Notes: generated by a model not told the origin, from the letters alone. 64,000 nt of DNA from Calditrichia bacterium (GCA_963796965.1 CAWCNS010000007.1:224001-288000), one strand, 5' to 3'; counted from the first letter of the stretch, positions 21,193 to 33,176 are shown. Program-made: numbers and translations.

Positions 21193-22200
21193 ATGCTTGA
21201 AAGAATTAATGCAGTAAAAGATCAGTTTAAAGAAGATCTCAAGTCCTTGAAATCAACGGCGGATCTTGATGAGATAAGAATTAAGTATCTCAGCCGAAAA
21301 GGAATTGTTGCAGAACTTTTTCTGGATATGAAGAATGTTTTAGATTCAGAACGGCCAAAGATTGGTAAATTGCTCAATGAGATTAAAAGTGATATAACTA
21401 AGAATCTTGAGGATTTTCAATCTGGTTACACACAAAAAGACATTAATAAAGATGTTCTGGATCTTACGCTTCCTGGGAGAAAGCCATTTACAGGGAGAAC
21501 CCATCCTCTGACTAAAACTCTTGAAGAAATAAAGACAATTTTTCTTAGTTTGGGATTTGGAGTTGAGGATGGGCCGGAGATTGAAACCGATTATTATAAT
21601 TTTGAGGCATTGAATATTCCTAAAAATCATCCGGCTAGAGATATGCAGGACACTTTATATATTACGGACGATATCGTTCTCAGAACACACACCTCTCCGG
21701 TTCAGATCCGCGTGATGGAAAGATCTCAACCACCAATTAAAATTATTGCTCCAGGGCGTGTCTATAGAAGAGATACGCCTGATGCAAGCCACTCCCCATT
21801 TTTTCATCAGGTAGAGGGCCTTGCTGTCGATGAAGGAATAAGTTTTGGAGACCTCAAGGGTGTTATTACAGCCTTTGCCCATAAGATGTTTGGCTCCGAT
21901 ATTAAAGTACGTTTTCGTCCAAGTTTTTTCCCCTTTACCGAACCAAGCGCTGAATATGATTTTATTTGTGTATTTTGCCGAGGAAAAGGGTGCAGGGTTT
22001 GCAAGAATACAGGATGGGTTGAAATATCTGGTGCAGGGATGGTCGATCCAAATGTTTTCAAACATGTGAATTATGATACCGAAAAATATACCGGATATGC
22101 CTTCGGAATGGGGATTGATCGCATTGCTATGCTAAAATATGGCATCCATGACATCCGGTTGTTTTTTGAAAATGACATCAGATTTTTAGAACAGTTTTAG
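21193..22200 (+). CDS. pheS: Phenylalanyl-tRNA synthetase alpha subunit
   Basis: HPARDMQDT, LRTHTSPVQ, FRPSFFPFTEPS. Confidence 0.97.
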   Translation: MLERINAVKDQFKEDLKSLKSTADLDEIRIKYLSRKGIVAELFLDMKNVLDSERPKIGKLLNEIKSDITKNLEDFQSGYTQKDINKDVLDLTLPGRKPFTGRTHPLTKTLEEIKTIFLSLGFGVEDGPEIETDYYNFEALNIPKNHPARDMQDTLYITDDIVLRTHTSPVQIRVMERSQPPIKIIAPGRVYRRDTPDASHSPFFHQVEGLAVDEGISFGDLKGVITAFAHKMFGSDIKVRFRPSFFPFTEPSAEYDFICVFCRGKGCRVCKNTGWVEISGAGMVDPNVFKHVNYDTEKYTGYAFGMGIDRIAMLKYGIHDIRLFFENDIRFLEQF

Positions 22201-22403
22201 ATTGCTATAAGTCTGGAGAACGTACTTCTCCAAAATTGAGATTCGAACAAATAAATATTGGTTTATCTACATCGTTACTTTAAATAATTTGTTTTTTATG
22301 TTAATATAGCCCAATTTCAACTATATCTAAACTTATGGTTAAGATTGTGTGGTGGGTTGATGCGATTTGATCTTTAAGGTTGTAATCTAAAAGTGAAGAT
22401 ACA

Positions 22404-24779
22404 ATGAAAATTTCTTATAATTGGTTAAAAGACTATGTGGAGTTCGATCTTTCTCCGGAGGCATTGGCTGAAAAATTAACGATGTCAGGGCTTGAGGTGG
22501 AGGAGGTTAAGCCGGTTTTACCTGAATTTAGGGGGATAATAATTGCCCGAGTTCTTTCGGTTGAAAAGCATCCAAATGCAGATAAGTTGTCCGTATGTAG
22601 CGTTGATTCCGGCAATGAACATTTTCAGGTAGTATGCGGTGCGGCCAATGTCGCAGAGGGCCAGCTTGTACCATTCGCCCCTATAGGGACGGATTTGCCT
22701 GTCGGATTTTCAATAAAAAAAGCGAAAATAAGAGGAATAGAGTCATTTGGTATGATATGTTCGGAAGAAGAATTAGGTCTTGCCGATAAATCTGAAGGGA
22801 TCTGGGAACTTCCCGCAGATTCAAAATTTGGCAAAGATCTCTATGATTCCCTCCGCCATACTCAAGATTACATGATTGATATTTTTATTACGCCAAATAG
22901 GCCGGATGCCATGAGTATGATTGGTATCGCAAGGGAAGTGGCAGCCATTATCGACACATCATATCAGGGACCGGAATTTAATAAAAAAGAACAATCTATC
23001 CTGGCTTCAGAAAATGTGTCCGTAGAGATTGAGGACATCGATGGCTGCCCGCGGTATGCAGCCAGGGTGATTAAAAACGTAAAAATTGGGCCAAGTCCAG
23101 CATGGATGGTGGATCGCCTAAAAACATGTGGCGTAAGACCAATAAATAACATTGTTGATATTACTAACTATGTGTTGCTTGAACTCGGGCAGCCACTCCA
23201 TGCGTTTGATCTGGCTCAGGTATCCGGTTCTAAAATAATCGTCCGAAAATCCAAAGAGAATGAAATATTCACTACGCTGGATGAGAAAGAGCGAAAACTA
23301 CCCGAAAACACCGTCATGATCTGTGATGCTGAGAAAGCTGTAGCCGTTGGTGGAATTATGGGAGGTTTAAATTCTGAGGTTTCGGAAGAAACAATAGACA
23401 TCTTATTAGAAAGTGCTTATTTTAATCCAATAAGAATTGGAACCTCAGTCTAAGAAGTTGGGGTTATTTTCGGAAGCTTCCCAGCGATTTGAAAGAGGTG
23501 TCAATCCTAATTATATTCCTTTCGCCTGTGACAGAGCAGCTTTTCTTATGCAGGAATTGGCAGAGGGTGAGGTTCTTAAAGGGATAGTTGATGAATATCC
23601 AGAAAAGATTGTAGAAAAAGAAGTTTCTGTGCGCCCATCACGAATTAATCACCTCTTAGGTACGGACCTTAATGAGAAAGAAATTGGTGGTATATTCTCC
23701 CGATTAGGTATCAAATATGATCAGAATAGGGCAATTGTTCCTACTTTTCGTCCCGATATAGAAAGAGAAGTTGATCTCATCGAAGAAGTTGCTCGTCTGA
23801 TTGGTTTCGATAGTATACCGGTAAAAAAACAGTCACTGATAGAGTATGATGCTAAATTGAATAAATCTGAAACCCTTTTTAATTTATTAAAGACAGAAAT
23901 AAAGCAATTGGGTTTTTTTGAAGCCTTGACAAATAGTATGGTTTCCAAGCAGGAACTTGGATTCATTGGTGATGGTGAATATATAAAGATATTAAATCCA
24001 ATCAGTGATGATATGAATATAATGCGCAGGTCATTGATTCCAGGTCTTTTAAAGGTGTTGTGCTACAATATCAACAGAAGTGCTTTTGATATGCGATTAT
24101 TTGAGATGGGGCGGGTATTTAAAAATAGTGATAGTAATAGTCAGCCTTATTTCCTGTCTGGACTTATTCATGGCTCCCGAAAATATCCGGGCTGGTCCGA
24201 AACCGCACTACCTGTTGATTTTTATGACGTTAAGGGAGTTGTTGAGACATTTCTTTCCAAAATATTCCTTGACAAATATGAATTTATTTTATATGATAAT
24301 ACGTTGTATTTTGATCCGGAGCAGGCTCTCAAAGTAGCATGTGATGGAGAGTTGTTGGGCAGTTTGGAAAAATAAAAAAAGAGGTTGCCCACGGATTTGA
24401 AATAGACTCAGATGTATATGGCTTTGAATTTTCTGTTGATGCGATAAAGGATCATATTAATAAAAATCAGCTCTTTGAGATTTATTCAAGATTTCCTTTT
24501 ATTGAAAAAGACCTTGCTCTGGTGGTTGATACCAAAGTAACGGCAAGTGAGATTGATTCACTTATTCGAAATAGCGGAAAACCTCTGGTTGAAGATGTTT
24601 CCGTTTTCGATTTGTATAAAGGAGATCAGCTCGAGGAATCAGAAAAGAGCCTCGCATTCCGCATACGCTTTCAGTCTTCTGAAAGAACTTTAAATGAAAA
24701 GGAGGTCAGCAAGATTTTTAGCAAGATAATTGTTGATGCTGAGCGTAAATTTGGTGCAAAATTACGTGACCAAAAATGA
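22404..24779 (+). CDS. pheT: Phenylalanyl-tRNA synthetase beta subunit (apparent frameshifts near 23445 and 24370)
   Basis: MKISYNWLKDY, HPNADKL, TPNRPD, RFERGV, DLIEEVAR, FDX-ACB C-terminus. Confidence 0.95.
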
Positions 24780-25045
24780 AATTAGATCAATTTGACCGAC
24801 TGCAACAACTTGTTAAGGATACAGCTGATGTTGTAATAAAGCTGAAATTTGAAAACAAGGCATTAGCAGATAAAAATCTTAAGTTGCAGGAAGAACTGAA
24901 TACGAAAACTGAAAAAACTGTTCAGAAATTGAAACGAGCGGAAGAAGAAAATAATTTTTTAAGACAACGACAGGAAAAAGTTACTTCAAGACTTATGCAT
25001 TTGAGAAATAAATTAAGAAGTCTGACGACGGGTGTTGAGTCTTAA
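24776..25045 (+). CDS. Coiled-coil protein, ZapB-like
   Basis: 89-aa heptad-rich ORF between pheT and zapA. Confidence 0.65.
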   Translation: MKLDQFDRLQQLVKDTADVVIKLKFENKALADKNLKLQEELNTKTEKTVQKLKRAEEENNFLRQRQEKVTSRLMHLRNKLRSLTTGVES

Positions 25046-25057
25046 ACTTAAAGTATA

Positions 25058-25345
25058 ATGCCAACAAATCAATTACGAGTAAATATTTTTGGCGCTGAGT
25101 ATGTTCTCAAAGCGACTGAAAACCAAGATGAAATAAAAGAAATCGCTGAGTATGTCGATCAAAAAATGAAAGAAATCGATCGATCCCAGGCTATTGGATC
25201 AAATCTCAAAATTGCGATTTTAGCAGCATTAAATATAGCTGAAGAATTATTTCAGAATCAAAAATATCAGGGACGTTTGGTTGAGCAGATAAATCACGAA
25301 TCAAAAAAACTTAACCGATCTTTGCAAGACGTTTTAGATTTATAA
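25058..25345 (+). CDS. zapA: Cell division protein ZapA
   Basis: VNIFGAEY, IAEYVDQKMKEI, AILAALNIAEEL. Confidence 0.92.
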   Translation: MPTNQLRVNIFGAEYVLKATENQDEIKEIAEYVDQKMKEIDRSQAIGSNLKIAILAALNIAEELFQNQKYQGRLVEQINHESKKLNRSLQDVLDL

Positions 25346-25364
25346 TTACTATAGGCATTTAGAA

Positions 25365-25540
25365 CTGCCCTGTATTTATTCGTGGTGCATATTTAAGAAC
25401 CAACACCTTTAAACAGGGAGCCCGGCTCTGGGCGGCAAGAGTATGCCCCTTTAGGGGAAACCCGACCCGTTTAGGAGGGTACCCATCATATTTGGCATTA
25501 GGTTCAAAAAATATCACTCACATGATGAATACAGGGCTTT
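25365..25540 (+). ncRNA. ssrS: 6S RNA
   Basis: About 175 nt closed by GCCCTGTATT/AATACAGGGC with an inner GAACC/GGTTC helix; located between zapA and rny. Confidence 0.8.
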
Positions 25541-25578
25541 TTTATTTCCTGGATTTATAATAGGGGGCAGGAGGAAGA

Positions 25579-27144
25579 ATGTTTTTAACACTTCTGATAA
25601 CATCTGTAATTGTAGCGACGGTTTTCTTCCTTGTTGGCTGGTTGCTTAATTCAACATTTGGAAAGAAATCCTTAAAAAATGCGCGTAACAAAGAAAAAGA
25701 AATTGTTGCAAATGCTGAAGTAGAATCTGAAAATATAAAGCGTGAGAGACGGATTGAAGCGGATGAAGAATACTATAATCTGAAACAAACATCTCGAAGA
25801 GGAGTTTCGTAATAAAAAACGATCGCTTCAAAAAGAAGAGCAGCGTCTGAATGAAAAAGATACAAATATTGATCGCAAATCAGACTATATCACCAAAAAA
25901 GAAAGCGAACTGAATCAACTTGAAAGAGATTTGAAATCAGAAGAAACACAATATCCTGCTTAAACAGGAACGATTAGATGGTATTATTCTGAACAAAACA
26001 ACATGTTGGAAAAAATTGCCGGTTTGACTTCTGAGGATGCCAAAAAAATACTAATGGATAATCTGGTTGAAGAAGCGAAGCAAGGTGCGGCAAAGATTAT
26101 TCAAAGTATAGCGGAAGAGGCAAGAGCAGAAGCGCAGTAATCAATCAAGAAATATTATAATTACTGCCATGCAGCAATCAGGTGATTGATATGGCAATTG
26201 AATCTACTGTCTCCACTGTTGTTATTGCCTTCCGATGATATGAAGGGGAGAATCATCGGCCGTGAAGGACGAAATATACGCGCCTTCGAAGTTGTGACCG
26301 GAGTGGATGTTATTGTTGATGATACGCCCGGTTCTATTATTTTAAGTGCTTTTGATCCCGCTGCAGACGTGAAATTGCACGTATTGTAATGGAAAAACTT
26401 GTTGCAGACGGTCGTATACATCCTGGTAGAATTGAGGATATGTATGAAAAGATTAAGACTGAAATGGATGAATATATGCGTGAAACGGGTGATCAGGTAC
26501 TTTTGGAATGCGGTATTCATGGTGTGCATGCTGAACTGGCCTCTCTTTTAGGCAAATTACGATTTCGAACCAGTTTTGGTCAGAATGTACTCCAACATTC
26601 AAAAGAAGTCTCTGTTATTTCTGGTATTATTGCCGCTGAGTTGGAATTGGATGTCCATCTTGCAATAAGCGGCCGGATTATTGCATGATATCGGCCGTGC
26701 AACAGATAAAATCCACGGATAATAACCATGCAGAAACAGGTGCAGAAATTGCCAGAAAATTTAATGAAAATGAAATTGTTCAGAATGCAATTGCTGCCCA
26801 TCATAGTAATGTAGAGCCAAATTCACCAATTAGTATCATTGTACAAATTGCTAATGAACTAAGTAAAAGCCGTCCTGGCGCCAGAAGAGAAGCGATTGAA
26901 GGTTTTATTAACCGGATGCGTCAGATTGAAGCTATTGCAGAATCGTTTGATGGTGTACAACGTTCATTTGCCATTCAGGCTGGAAAAGAAATTCGTGTGA
27001 TTGTTTCCCATGAAAAAATTGATGACAATCAAATTCATCATCTCGCAAAGGATATTGCTATTAAAAATTGAAGAAGAAATTGAGTATCCGGGTCAAATCA
27101 AAGTTGTGGTCATCAGAGAATTCAGGGGTGTTGATTACGCTTGA
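25579..27144 (+). CDS. rny: Ribonuclease Y (multiple apparent frameshifts)
   Basis: N-terminal TM, coiled coil, [14 protein letters not shown] (KH), [12 protein letters not shown] (HD), [18 protein letters not shown]. Confidence 0.92.
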
Positions 27145-27206
27145 TCTTTAAAGCAAGGATCAATTTCTCCTTGTAGATACTATTTCTGTATGTAGTAAGA
27201 TTCCGA

Positions 27207-27239
27207 TCCCGAAGCGCGATCCCGTTCCGAGACAGAATG
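27207..27239. repeat. 33-bp palindromic repeat; second copy at 4801-4833 in the opposite orientation
   Basis: 28/33 identity by eye. Confidence 0.75.
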
Positions 27240-27394
27240 ACATAATTAGAAGATTGTTAGGACACAGTCTAATCGGGCAAAGACGATTGATGAAACTTAG
27301 TGGTATATTTTTTTCTTAGCGAATTTTAGCGACTTTGCGAGAGAATATATTAAATTACAATAAACTTTAAAAATTTGAATTTACAGGACAGAAA

Positions 27395-28276
27395 ATGGAT
27401 CCGAAAATAATTGATGGGAAATTAGTCAGTAAAAATGTAAAAGAATCAATAAAAAACGAAACATTAACGTTACTTAAACAAGGTATTCACCCCGGACTTG
27501 TTGTCGTTCTGGTTGGAGAAGACCCTGCTTCAGCTATTTATGTTCGAAATAAGGGCCGCGCCTGTGAGAATGCCGGCATACTATCCGAAACCATCAAACT
27601 TGAAGAGTCAACCAGTGAAAGTGATTTATTAAATCTAATCGATAAATTGAATAATGATAAAAGATTTCATGGGATCCTGGTTCAACTTCCACTTCCAAAA
27701 CATATTAATGAGACAAAGGTTTTAGAATCGATCAATCCTGAAAAAGATGTAGATTGTTTTCATCCAATTAATGTTGGTCGGTTAGTGAGTGGAAGACCTT
27801 ATGTTTTGCCCTGTACACCTGCTGGAATAAGAGAAATGTTAAGTGCATATGATATTCCCACAGCTGGGAAACATGTTGTTGTGATTGGACGTAGCAATAT
27901 AGTCGGCAAACCTATGGCAAATTTATTAATGCAGAAGTCAGATGATGGAAATGCTACGGTTACGATCGTGCACAGTAGGACCAAGGATATCCCACATTAT
28001 ACCAAACAGGCGGATATACTTGTTGCTGCAATGGGGTATGCTCATTTTGTCCGGAGCGATATGGTAAAAGACGATGTGGTTATTATTGATGTTGGTATGA
28101 ATAGAATCGATGCGGACAATGAAAAGGGATACCGTCTCGTCGGCGATGTGGATTTCGATGATGTTTACTCAAAAGTATCTAAAATTACGCCAGTTCCCGG
28201 TGGTGTCGGACCGATGACGATTGCCATGTTATTAAAAAATACTTTAACAGCAGCAAAGTTTCAAAGCAATAAGTAA
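27395..28276 (+). CDS. folD: Methylene-THF dehydrogenase/cyclohydrolase
   Basis: GILVQLPLP, KDVD, PCTP, GRSNIVGKP, ITPVPGGVGPMT. Confidence 0.97.
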   Translation: MDPKIIDGKLVSKNVKESIKNETLTLLKQGIHPGLVVVLVGEDPASAIYVRNKGRACENAGILSETIKLEESTSESDLLNLIDKLNNDKRFHGILVQLPLPKHINETKVLESINPEKDVDCFHPINVGRLVSGRPYVLPCTPAGIREMLSAYDIPTAGKHVVVIGRSNIVGKPMANLLMQKSDDGNATVTIVHSRTKDIPHYTKQADILVAAMGYAHFVRSDMVKDDVVIIDVGMNRIDADNEKGYRLVGDVDFDDVYSKVSKITPVPGGVGPMTIAMLLKNTLTAAKFQSNK

Positions 28277-28354
28277 AATACACCCGAACATATGTGATAT
28301 CTTTTTGAAATTAAAAGAAATCATAAAATAATTGTTTTATATCACCTCAAAATT

Positions 28355-29257
28355 ATGAGCGATACACACCTTTATAAAAAATACCTAGATCCCGCCATCT
28401 TAAACAACATCCAGAATCTTGAACTCAGGGCAAGACTTGTGGTTGAAGGATTTATAACGGGGTTACATAAGAGCCCCTTTCATGGTTTTAGCGTAGAATT
28501 TTCACAACATCGCCCTTATAATTACGGGGATAACCTAAGATATATAGATTGGAAAGTCTATGGGCGTACAGATCGCTACTATATAAAGCAATTTGAAGAA
28601 GAAACAAATCTTAAGTCCTATATATTATTGGATATAAGCAAGTCAATGGAATTTAAATCAGCAACTATCTCAAAATTGGAATATGCAAAAAGCCTAACTG
28701 CTGCTTTATCATATCTTATGCTTTCTCAACGCGATGCTGTTGGATTAGGTTTGTTTGATTCCGAACTTAAAAAACTTATGCCCCCCAGATCGGCCGCATC
28801 TTATTTACAGAGCATTCTCCGTGAGTTGGACATTCATGCAGAAGGAGAGGATACAAAAATCAAACCCGTTTTACATGCGATGGCCGATCGTCTGAAAAGA
28901 AGAGGTCTGGTTATACTTATTTCAGATCTTTATGATGATCCTGAAGAAGTACTCTCAGGTTTAAGACATTTTAGATATAATCAACATGAGGTGCTTGTCT
29001 TTCATCTTCTGGATCCTCAGGAAATCAATTTTGAGTATGATGGAGATGTGGAATTTGAGGATTTGGAAACTGGGGAAAAAATAAGAACATATCCCTGGTA
29101 CATAAAAGAGGAATATAGAAAATCTGTCAAATCGTTTGAAAAAACATACCGGAATTTATGTCGTGAATACTTGATAGATTACCAGATGATTAGCACGGAT
29201 CAGAATTTGGATGTTGCATTGATGGAGTTCCTGATAAAAAGAAAAAAATTAGGATAA
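28355..29257 (+). CDS. DUF58 (vWA-like) protein
   Basis: GLHKSPFHGFSVEFSQHR.Y..GD.LRYIDWK, LLDISKSM, LISD. Confidence 0.9.
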   Translation: MSDTHLYKKYLDPAILNNIQNLELRARLVVEGFITGLHKSPFHGFSVEFSQHRPYNYGDNLRYIDWKVYGRTDRYYIKQFEEETNLKSYILLDISKSMEFKSATISKLEYAKSLTAALSYLMLSQRDAVGLGLFDSELKKLMPPRSAASYLQSILRELDIHAEGEDTKIKPVLHAMADRLKRRGLVILISDLYDDPEEVLSGLRHFRYNQHEVLVFHLLDPQEINFEYDGDVEFEDLETGEKIRTYPWYIKEEYRKSVKSFEKTYRNLCREYLIDYQMISTDQNLDVALMEFLIKRKKLG

Positions 29258-29259
29258 CT

Positions 29260-30303
29260 ATGACAAGCAAAAAATATAAATTGACATCATTAGCTTCCTG
29301 TGCAGGCTGAGCAAGCAAGTTAGATCCGGCGTTGCTGGGTGAGGCTCTTAAAAATATTTCATTTCCGACTTCTGACAATGTTCTTGTTGATAGTTCAAAT
29401 GCCGATGATGCAGGTGTAATTAAAATCAATGATGACCTAGCGTTGGTTCAAACAACCGATTTTTTTACACCAGTTGTAGATGATCCCTATCTTTTTGGAC
29501 AAATAGCTGCAGCGAATGCATTGAGTGATATTTATGCCATGGGTGCTAAACCCTTGTCTGCTTTGAATTTAATATGTTTTCCTGATAATCAGCTAGACAT
29601 TGAAGCATTTCGACTGATTATTGAAGGTGGGGCTGAAAAGGTTCGTGAAGCAGATGCCGTAATTCTGGGAGGACATTCTGTCTCTGACAAGGAATTGAAA
29701 TATGGCCTTGCTCTAAATGGAACGATTCATCCGAATGCCATAAGGGTAAACCATAACCTTCGAATTGGTGATCTTCTAATCCTAACAAAACCCATTGGCA
29801 CTGGGATACTCACAACAGCATTAAAGAATGAGATCCTCGAAGAATCAGATATTAAGAATGTTATAGATAGTATGCTATTACTCAACAAAGAGCCGGCAAG
29901 AATTTTGGATGATTATATCACTTCAGCATGTACGGATGTTACAGGATATGGACTTATAGGGCATCTTTGGGAAATGCTCAATGGATTAGAATGTGGTGTA
30001 AATCTATATGTTGATAAAATTCCATTTTTTGAAAGGGCCATTCAATATGCCAGGGAATCAAATTACATCCCCGGCGGCACTTTGGCCAATATAAAATATA
30101 ACATAGATCATGTCGAAATGGGGGCGTTTGAGAGCTGGTACCAAAATATACTGTTTGACCCGCAGACATCAGGTGGACTCTTGATTAGTATGCCCGAAGG
30201 GCAGGTTGACCAATTTTTAGAAAGATTTGTAGATTATCCGTTACCGGTAGCGGTCATTGGTGAAGTTGTAGATTCCGCGAATAAAATATTTCTAAGGGAG
30301 TAG
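29260..30303 (+). CDS. selD: Selenide, water dikinase with in-frame UGA (selenocysteine) at codon 17
   Basis: ATG at 29260 reads MTSKKYKLTSLASCAG-TGA-ASKLDP in frame with the 29332 ORF; DDAGV, DFFTP, ANALSDIYAMG, TDVTGYGL, DPQTSGGLL. Confidence 0.95.
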
Positions 30304-30424
30304 TCTTTCTAAACAATTGCTATAGATCAAGGTGAATAGATACAAGGTACTCTGTTTATATATTATGTTGATATGGGATAGGCGATACGGGATTAGTTAA
30401 TAAAAACACCGACAACTGATAAGA

Positions 30425-30772
30425 TTACGAATCAGGTTTTTGTATTTGTTTTAAGATTATAAATTTGTTCTGATATAGGGATTGTATAAATTGCCCAAGC
30501 CTGTCATTAACCGGTTTAACCTCATCTCCGAATTTGGATGCCATCCTATCTGCAATTTGCTCAATAGATCTAACACCGTCTATATTCTTCCAAACAAAAC
30601 TACCGATCTCATCAAGATTAATCTTAAATTCAGGCCTTTTTAAGTAGGGTAGAAGGTATTTAACCAGATATTTGTTTTTAAATTTTGGTTTCCTAAGTGT
30701 CACACAACCGGTCTCGTCACTTATTTCCCAGGCTAAGATCTGCTCGGGAACATAGCCTAAAAACTCTTCCAT
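30425..30772 (-). CDS. PqqD-family (RRE-like) protein
   Basis: INLDEIGSFVWKNIDGVRSIEQIA...FIQSLYQNKFI; start placed at the internal ATG because the upstream extension runs up to a terminator. Confidence 0.8.
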   Translation of the reverse strand: MEEFLGYVPEQILAWEISDETGCVTLRKPKFKNKYLVKYLLPYLKRPEFKINLDEIGSFVWKNIDGVRSIEQIADRMASKFGDEVKPVNDRLGQFIQSLYQNKFIILKQIQKPDS

Positions 30773-30854
30773 TTCTTTACTCAAAATTAATTCTTTCCTA
30801 TTACAGCTATTTAATTGTAGTTGTAATTTGAGGGATTCTAAACAATTTCCATAC

Positions 30855-30895
30855 AAAAAAAGTGTACAGAGATTTTAATAAAAACTCTGTACACT
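30855..30895 (-). terminator. Rho-independent terminator after the OPT gene
   Basis: AGTGTACAGAG/CTCTGTACACT perfect 11-bp stem followed by a T-run on the minus strand. Confidence 0.75.
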
Positions 30896-30926
30896 CCAGT
30901 TTTGATGCTGATTTATAAAAACGATT

Positions 30927-32891
30927 TTATTCTCGTGCCTTCTTCAAGGGCAGTTGAATTAAAAGATAAAAGAGCCCGATAAAGGCTAAGATACCCAAAT
31001 AGGGTGTGGGTGAAAATAAGGACAAACTTGTAAGGCTAAAACTACCTTCACTGAGACTCACTCCGGCAACAATAAAGGCCAGAATTACAGCCGTTAAAGA
31101 TTCGCCTGCAATAAGCCCTGAGGATATGAGAACGCCTGTGTTTGCGGCCTTTGTTTTGGCTTCATCTGAAGCATTTTCCTTATCCAATACTTTCTCAAGG
31201 GTCCATTTTATAATCCCACCAACAAAAATTGCAGCGGTGGAATGAAATGGAAGGTACATGCCTACGGCGACCAGCATAGGTGAGGGTGCTTTAACCAAAA
31301 TCAGACCAAATGCCAAGAACATTCCTGCAATAACTAAAGGCCAGGCCATATCACCACCGACAATTCCTCTTGCCATTAAGGCCATCAATCCTGCCTGTGG
31401 AGCAGGCAAAGCTTCACTTCCTATTTCATAGACCTGGTCAAGTACGATCATTGCCCAGATCAGAACCAAAGCAGCAGCCGTTACGCCTATAATTTCGCCT
31501 ACTTGCATTCGCCAGGGTGTACCACCTAATATATGTCCGACCTTAAGATCCTGCATCATATCACCGGCAATACCGGCCGCACAGCAGACTACTCCTGCTA
31601 CCCCTAAAACAGCCATTATGCCCTGATTTCCTGTTACGCCTATACCAACCATGAGTAGGGCTGCGATGAGAAGTGAGGAGAGTGTCAGGCCACTGATTGG
31701 ATTATTAGAACTACCAACCAGTCCGACAAGGTATCCTGCAACAGCTGCAAATAAAAATCCTAAAATGATCATGACGACCGTGAGTAAGATTGATCCTCCA
31801 ATTGATCCGCTGAAATAATGATATAAAATAAAGAGGGGTATCGCAATGCCGGCTATTGCAAGCATAACTTTTTTAAAGTCCAGATCGATATCCAGTCTGC
31901 TCACAGATTTGTCACCGCCACTTTTCGCAGCAGCGATATCACCCAGGGCTTTCTTGATACCGGTAATAAGTGAATTACGTAAATTATAGAGGGTATAAAA
32001 AGCGGCAACAATCATCGTTCCTACGGCGAGAGGCCTCACCTGACGCATCCATACTTCTAAACTAACATCTATCCATGAACTGCCTGTGGCAACAAGCGCG
32101 CTTAATTCAGGATTTAGAAAAACAAAAGCCGGCACTAGAAAAAGCCAACCTGATACGGCGCCGGCAAAGAGAACTGCTGATACACGCATTCCTACAATAA
32201 AGCCCACACCAACTAAGGCCGGTGAAGCTGCTGGAGATTCGAAAAGAAAGCCGCCGCCATAATCAATATCTTTTCCAAGCATATTTATTTTTGATGAACT
32301 CATGGGGAAAAAATCACGGACATAATCTTTAACCATATATATGCCGTTTGAATTTTTAAATAATTCCCAGAGAGCTGCCAGGCCCATTGCACTAAATACA
32401 TAAACGGCACCTGTCTGCCCACCTTGACCGGCTTTTACAATTTCCGCGGCTGCAACACTTTCAGGAAATGGTAAGATCGGCTTCTTCAACTAGAGATCGG
32501 CGTAAAATTATAACAAATAGCACACCAAGCACACCACCAATTAACATGATTGCGGTACTTTCCCAGTAGTGTAATTCATCCCAAACTCCACTAATAACAA
32601 AGGCGGGAATGGTAAATATGGCCCCGGCAATCAATGCTTCACCAACCGAAGCAGTGGTTCTTGCCAGATTTTCTTCTAAAACTGTGCCATTAAAGAGACG
32701 AAGTGCAGCCATGGCAACAACGGCAGCAGGAAAGGTTGCCGCTACAGTTAGCCCTGCCTTCATTCCAAGATATGCATTTGCAGCACCCAAAACGACAGCC
32801 ATGATTATACCCAGAATAATAGCTTTTGAGGGATAATTCCTTCATGTCGGAATCAGCCGGAACAAAAGGTTTAAATTGACGATTTCTCCAT
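30927..32891 (-). CDS. OPT-family oligopeptide transporter (apparent frameshifts near 32880, 32825 and 32470)
   Basis: ANAYLGMKAGLTV, FPESVAAAE, GSSNNPISG, QDLKVGHILGGTP, LPAPQA. Confidence 0.92.
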
Positions 32892-32933
32892 CTGTGCTCC
32901 TGATATTTATTATTTAAATAAATGATGAGTTTT

Positions 32934-32949
32934 TGGCAGGAAAATTGCT
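32934..32949 (+). promoter_or_regulatory. Possible sigma-54 -24/-12 element
   Basis: TGGCAGGAAAATTGCT (GG-N10-GC). Confidence 0.35.
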
Positions 32950-33176
32950 TAGAAACTACTTTTTAACCTAAAAAAAGTCAAGTTTTATTTGGACTTGAGG
33001 AATTGTATCAAACCAGCAGAGAGGATCGCAGAGAATGTCAGCCCCTTAAAGAGTGGATCTCTAATCATTAATAAATACAATTGTTTACATCTATTAATCA
33101 CCCTTGAATTCAATTTGCAATAAGTTTAAAGATTGATTAAGTTAAGTCTGATTTTTTAAAGGGCTTTACACAAAAA

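Noticed and set aside
22201..22403. Unusually long pheS-pheT spacer as an RNA element or insertion
   Set aside because: Only a small GGAGAA/TTCTCC hairpin; no TIRs, ORF or recognisable motif
18062..24779. thrS, infC and pheT as pseudogenes or programmed frameshifts
   Set aside because: These are essential genes with intact motifs; scattered indels across the window are better explained by sequencing error
30773..30926. RiPP precursor or RiPP cluster around the PqqD-like gene
   Set aside because: No plausible precursor ORF or modifying enzyme nearby
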